From contig CAYPBJ010000010.1 in NCBI GenBank assembly GCA_964408945.1, positions 4,008 through 68,007 on the forward strand: a DNA stretch of 64,000 bases. The letters are read 5' to 3'. Origin of the DNA: an uncultured Rhizobium sp. Lineage in GTDB: Bacteria > Bacteroidota > Bacteroidia > NS11-12g > UBA955. Every line of letters begins with the position of its first letter. Within the stretch, counting starts at the first letter, position 1. Shown in pieces: positions 60,764 through 64,000 of this stretch. Under the pieces are notes generated by a model. That model worked only from the letters and a program-made list of their open reading frames with translations, did not search any database and was not told the origin of the DNA. The translations under genes were made by a program, and so were the position numbers.

Positions 60764-62716
60764 ATGAAAAAGTTATACTCTCTGTTTATGGGTATTGGCT
60801 TGGTAGGAATCTCATTTTCTCAACAAGTGAATACTTCTCAAATTTCAGCCGATGCTATGAAGTATCCCGCTAAAGCTGAATGGAATCCGAAAAAGACCTT
60901 ATCTGATGTACCTGTGTACACTGGTAAAGTTCGTCAAACCTCAAAAGGAATTTCCAACAGGGCTGCTGACCATAGTTCATTCGTTGAATTGGGTAGCACA
61001 TATTACGATCTTCAATCAAACGGTGCAATGCCGCACCGAATTATCAGACACAAGAGCGGTGCAGTTTCTGCAACATGGACAACTGCATCATCTGGTGCTG
61101 CAGGTTTTCCTGGCCGCGGTTCAGGGTATAACTTTAAAGCTTCAGGTGAAGGTTCAACTTGGGGTGCAGCTTCTGCAAATAAAGTTGAGGCTACTCAAAG
61201 ATCAGGATGGCCTAACATTGGAGAGTTGAGCAACGGCGGAGTATTTGTTATTGGACATGACGCTACCAACGGTGGTTTCTTCTTGACCAAATCATCTAAA
61301 GAAGGTGATCGTCCTTCAACTACTTCGTACATCTTGAACGAAACACCCTATAAGCCAATTTGGGCAAGAACAGCCAACACCGGTGATACCATTCACTTGA
61401 TTTGTTCATACACAGATTCTGCTGCTCCTGGCGAATCTCGCGCTCCACGTCGTAAAGGTATCTATGCTCCGATGGTTTATAGCCGCAGTTTTGACGGTGG
61501 TGAAACTTGGAACATTCAACACCAAATGTTGCCCAATTACGACAGTACTTTAACAAACAACGGCGGTGCAGACCAATACGCTATTGATTCTCGTGGACCT
61601 GTAGTGGTTATCGCAAATGCTGACAATCTTCAAGGTGTGGCACTATGGAAAAGTGTTGACTACGGTCAAACATGGAAGCGCTATTTGGCTGATTCATTTC
61701 CTTATGCCCCTTACAACGCAAAGAAATTGATGCTTGACACTCCAATAACAAACGACGGTACCGTTGATGTTATTATTGATCCCAACGGAAAAGTGCACGC
61801 TTTCTGGGGATTGGGCCGTGTTTTAGATACAGATACAGCAGATGAGTCATATAGTTTCTTCCCTGGAATTCAAGCAATTGTATATTGGAATGAAGATATG
61901 ACTGTGGGAAAAATCATCTCTACTTCTGTTCCGTTTGATCGCGATGAAGATGGAGGTGTAACTTTGAGTACAGCAACAACCCAGGCTCTTTCAAGTGGAA
62001 GTTTGCCCTCCGGTTTTTCAACTGTAGCTCGTTTAGGAAATACCAATGCCATGCGTCAACCGAACGCGGCGTTAGATCCCAATGGTAATCTATATTGCAT
62101 TTTCAGTTTCCCTGTAGAAGGCGATATTTCTGATTTAGATGCGAACTACCGTGATATCGGAATTGTTTATTCTACTGACGGTGGACAAACTTGGGGCAAT
62201 CCTCAGAATTTGACACAATACCTAATGAAAGAAGATGATTTTGGTGCTGTGGCTCGCGAAGCAGATGATTTCTTACACTTCATGTGGCAACAAGACGAAA
62301 TTCCAGGAACTAACCTTCAAAACAACGATGTATTGATGGCGAACCACGAGGTAGTAGAAAATAAAATCATGTACCAAGCAGTACCTGTAGGTGAGATTTT
62401 ATCTGAATCTATTGGTATGGTTCATGGTTTAAGTACTGAACTTCCTCGCACAGGTGAAGTTTTTGTTGTGAGTCAGAATCAACCAAATCCATTCGACCAA
62501 ACTTCAGAGGTGATTATCTTTTTAACTAAACCTGGAGATGTTCAAATTGAAGTTAGAAATACCATGGGAGCTTTGGTGAAATCTTTTGATTACAACAATC
62601 TTTTGAGAGGTAACCACCAATTGACTATCAACGCTGAAGGTTTGACTTCAGGGGTTTATACTTACACCGTGATTTCAGGTGCGAATTCAGTGAGTAAAAC
62701 CATGATGGTTAAGTAA
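60764..62716 (+). CDS. BNR/Asp-box beta-propeller protein (sialidase-superfamily fold) with T9SS C-terminal sorting domain
   Basis: 650 aa with a signal peptide. Three Asp-boxes are present: SFDGGETW, SVDYGQTW and STDGGQTW. The C-terminus reads QNQPNPFDQTSEVIIFL...GVYTYTVISGANSVSKTMMVK. Confidence 0.75.
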   Translation: MKKLYSLFMGIGLVGISFSQQVNTSQISADAMKYPAKAEWNPKKTLSDVPVYTGKVRQTSKGISNRAADHSSFVELGSTYYDLQSNGAMPHRIIRHKSGAVSATWTTASSGAAGFPGRGSGYNFKASGEGSTWGAASANKVEATQRSGWPNIGELSNGGVFVIGHDATNGGFFLTKSSKEGDRPSTTSYILNETPYKPIWARTANTGDTIHLICSYTDSAAPGESRAPRRKGIYAPMVYSRSFDGGETWNIQHQMLPNYDSTLTNNGGADQYAIDSRGPVVVIANADNLQGVALWKSVDYGQTWKRYLADSFPYAPYNAKKLMLDTPITNDGTVDVIIDPNGKVHAFWGLGRVLDTDTADESYSFFPGIQAIVYWNEDMTVGKIISTSVPFDRDEDGGVTLSTATTQALSSGSLPSGFSTVARLGNTNAMRQPNAALDPNGNLYCIFSFPVEGDISDLDANYRDIGIVYSTDGGQTWGNPQNLTQYLMKEDDFGAVAREADDFLHFMWQQDEIPGTNLQNNDVLMANHEVVENKIMYQAVPVGEILSESIGMVHGLSTELPRTGEVFVVSQNQPNPFDQTSEVIIFLTKPGDVQIEVRNTMGALVKSFDYNNLLRGNHQLTINAEGLTSGVYTYTVISGANSVSKTMMVK

Positions 62717-62739
62717 AAAATAATCTATTTAACGAAAAA

Positions 62740-62767
62740 GGCTACTCATTTTGGGTAGCCTTTTTTA
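62740..62767 (+). terminator. Rho-independent terminator
   Basis: GGCTACTC ATTTT GGGTAGCC forms an 8-position stem including one G-U pair, followed by TTTTTT. Confidence 0.75.
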
Positions 62768-62768
62768 T

Positions 62769-62776
62769 TAACTTTG
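62769..62776 (+). promoter_or_regulatory. Bacteroidota-type -7 promoter box (TAACTTTG)
   Basis: Exact TAnnTTTG match, 2 nt after the terminator T-run. There are 5 nt between the final G and ATG 62782. Confidence 0.45.
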
Positions 62777-62781
62777 TGGAC

Positions 62782-62985
62782 ATGAAACCGGGTTTTAAAT
62801 ACCATCTTTTTACTTCAGTACTTTTCTTCGGTATTGGAATATATATTCTAGTGGTTCCTCAGGCGGCCATCAATATTTATAGACTTCCACAGTCGAATTT
62901 GATTTTTGCAACGGTATTGTTTTTGTGGGGCGCTTTCAGAGGATATAAAGCCATTTCTATTCGCAGGAAGAATAACGAAGCATGA
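62782..62985 (+). CDS. Small two-TM membrane protein, unknown function
   Basis: 67 aa from ATG 62782; the track starts at GTG 62776. It has two hydrophobic helices. Its stop overlaps the next start (ATGA). Confidence 0.45.
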   Translation: MKPGFKYHLFTSVLFFGIGIYILVVPQAAINIYRLPQSNLIFATVLFLWGAFRGYKAISIRRKNNEA

Positions 62986-63962
62986 GAACCTTTTTGCTCA
63001 TTTTTCTAATTTCTTTTTGGGGATGTCAGGAAATTTCCTTTTCCGGAAAAGGGAAGGACGTGCCAACGGCCGGCCAAGTTTCCATTGGGTTTGAATGGGG
63101 AGATACTTTTATGGTTCAACAGTGGCTCGAAATCTTTCACTCTCAATATCCAAAAGCAACCATCACACCCGTCTATGGAAACTATTCTGAGTTGACCAAC
63201 TTGTTATTGGCCGATTCATTACACGGAGTATTCATGCATGATAAATTCAACAACGACCAAATGGCTTGGTTGAAACAACAAAAGAATTCTACCGTAAACG
63301 AAATTGAGCTGGGTACCACTTCACTGGTTTTCATTACTTCACGCGAATCTCAATTGGAGAATTTAAAGCTAGGGCAGATTCAATCTGAACTTTTTGGAAG
63401 CATTTTTGAAAAGTATAGTGTGGATGCTAAATACAAATGGGCGTTACCTTCAAGGTCTTCGTCAGAATGGATGAGATTAGCCAAATTCTACTCTAGTCAT
63501 AATTATGTCACAATGCCAACTGCGAATCGGTCTGATTCGTCAGAAAGTGTAGATCAAAAATGGATCAATCATAATCCAGGTAATCATGTTCGTTGGATCA
63601 GTAGCCATCAAGATATTATCAATTTCGTTTCTAGGAATCCCAATACTATTGGGGTGATTTCATTGAATTGCATTGCCGACAAAAAAGATAGCCTAGCTAT
63701 AGCAAATTCCAAAAATATCAAAGTGTTGGCCGTTGAAAATGCACAGGGTAAATTTACTTATCCCTTTCAATCGCAAATTAGCCTTGCACAATATCCTTTT
63801 GATCAACCCGTTGTAAGCTATGAAATGCAAGGTTATTCAGGATTAATTACCGGGTTTGTGCTTTATTGCAACAGTCAAGCAGGACAGGCGCTGATGAAGA
63901 AATCAGGATTGTTGCCAAAGAACTATCAAGGCCGGAAAATTGAACTAGACCTACCTAATTGA
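62982..63962 (+). CDS. PstS-like (PBP type 2) substrate-binding lipoprotein
   Basis: 326 aa with lipobox SFWGC. The layout is PBP_like_2-type (VSIGFEWGDTF...F...YP...I.....GNYSEL...LLADSL; TSLVFITS; IGVISLN). No ABC partner genes lie inside the window. Confidence 0.5.
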   Translation: MRTFLLIFLISFWGCQEISFSGKGKDVPTAGQVSIGFEWGDTFMVQQWLEIFHSQYPKATITPVYGNYSELTNLLLADSLHGVFMHDKFNNDQMAWLKQQKNSTVNEIELGTTSLVFITSRESQLENLKLGQIQSELFGSIFEKYSVDAKYKWALPSRSSSEWMRLAKFYSSHNYVTMPTANRSDSSESVDQKWINHNPGNHVRWISSHQDIINFVSRNPNTIGVISLNCIADKKDSLAIANSKNIKVLAVENAQGKFTYPFQSQISLAQYPFDQPVVSYEMQGYSGLITGFVLYCNSQAGQALMKKSGLLPKNYQGRKIELDLPN

Positions 63963-63987
63963 AGAAGTAATTGAACAATTTAAAGGG

Positions 63988-63995
63988 TATATTTG
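63988..63995 (+). promoter_or_regulatory. Bacteroidota-type -7 promoter box (TATATTTG) for a gene beyond the right edge
   Basis: Exact TAnnTTTG match, 26 nt after the stop at 63962. The target gene is not visible in the window. Confidence 0.3.
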
Positions 63996-64000
63996 TCGTA

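Noticed and set aside
1-64000. Search by eye for CRISPR arrays, rRNA, transposases, integrases, phage modules, toxin-antitoxin pairs, reverse transcriptases and long direct or inverted repeats
   Set aside because: I recognised none. Intergenic spaces are all under about 340 nt and are accounted for by the riboswitch, the tRNA, promoters and terminators. A computational repeat and HMM scan would be needed to exclude small or degenerate elements.

Overview
This is a densely packed, AT-rich chromosomal core segment from a Bacteroidota (Flavobacteriia-like) genome. I call about 65 protein genes, one tRNA-Cys and one cobalamin riboswitch; there is almost no non-coding space. The lineage call rests on several observations. 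Three proteins carry T9SS C-terminal sorting domains. Exact TAnnTTTG -7 promoter boxes recur in front of operon starts, and the starts I inspected lack GGAGG-type Shine-Dalgarno sequences. The DUF4290-murA and acpP-fabF-rnc arrangements are present, and Rho carries a long N-terminal insertion. Housekeeping genes include fbaB, accD, gcvH, rho, murA, pyk, acpP, fabF, rnc, aroK, an HU gene, holA, an LptF/G-family permease, an MsbA-like ABC exporter, two pieces of tripartite efflux machinery, kmo, an M61 peptidase and an SDR. Four regions deserve a second look. (1) A riboswitch-controlled B12 capture locus (2103-6258) combines a btuB-like receptor, a DUF4465-like protein that is T9SS cargo, and a beta-propeller lipoprotein. 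(2) An uncharacterised six-gene envelope operon (19398-23256) encodes an anchored OB-fold protein, a YceI-like protein, two heme-motif lipoproteins and two paralogous outer-membrane barrel candidates. (3) A cytoplasmic CE4 deacetylase and a processive-type GT2 form a NodB/NodC-like pair (37058-38804). (4) A single-chain UvrD helicase is fused to an iron-sulfur PD-(D/E)XK nuclease (50064-53246). I saw no rRNA, CRISPR array, transposase, integrase, phage module or obvious compositional island. All family assignments come from reading motifs by eye; no database search was run.
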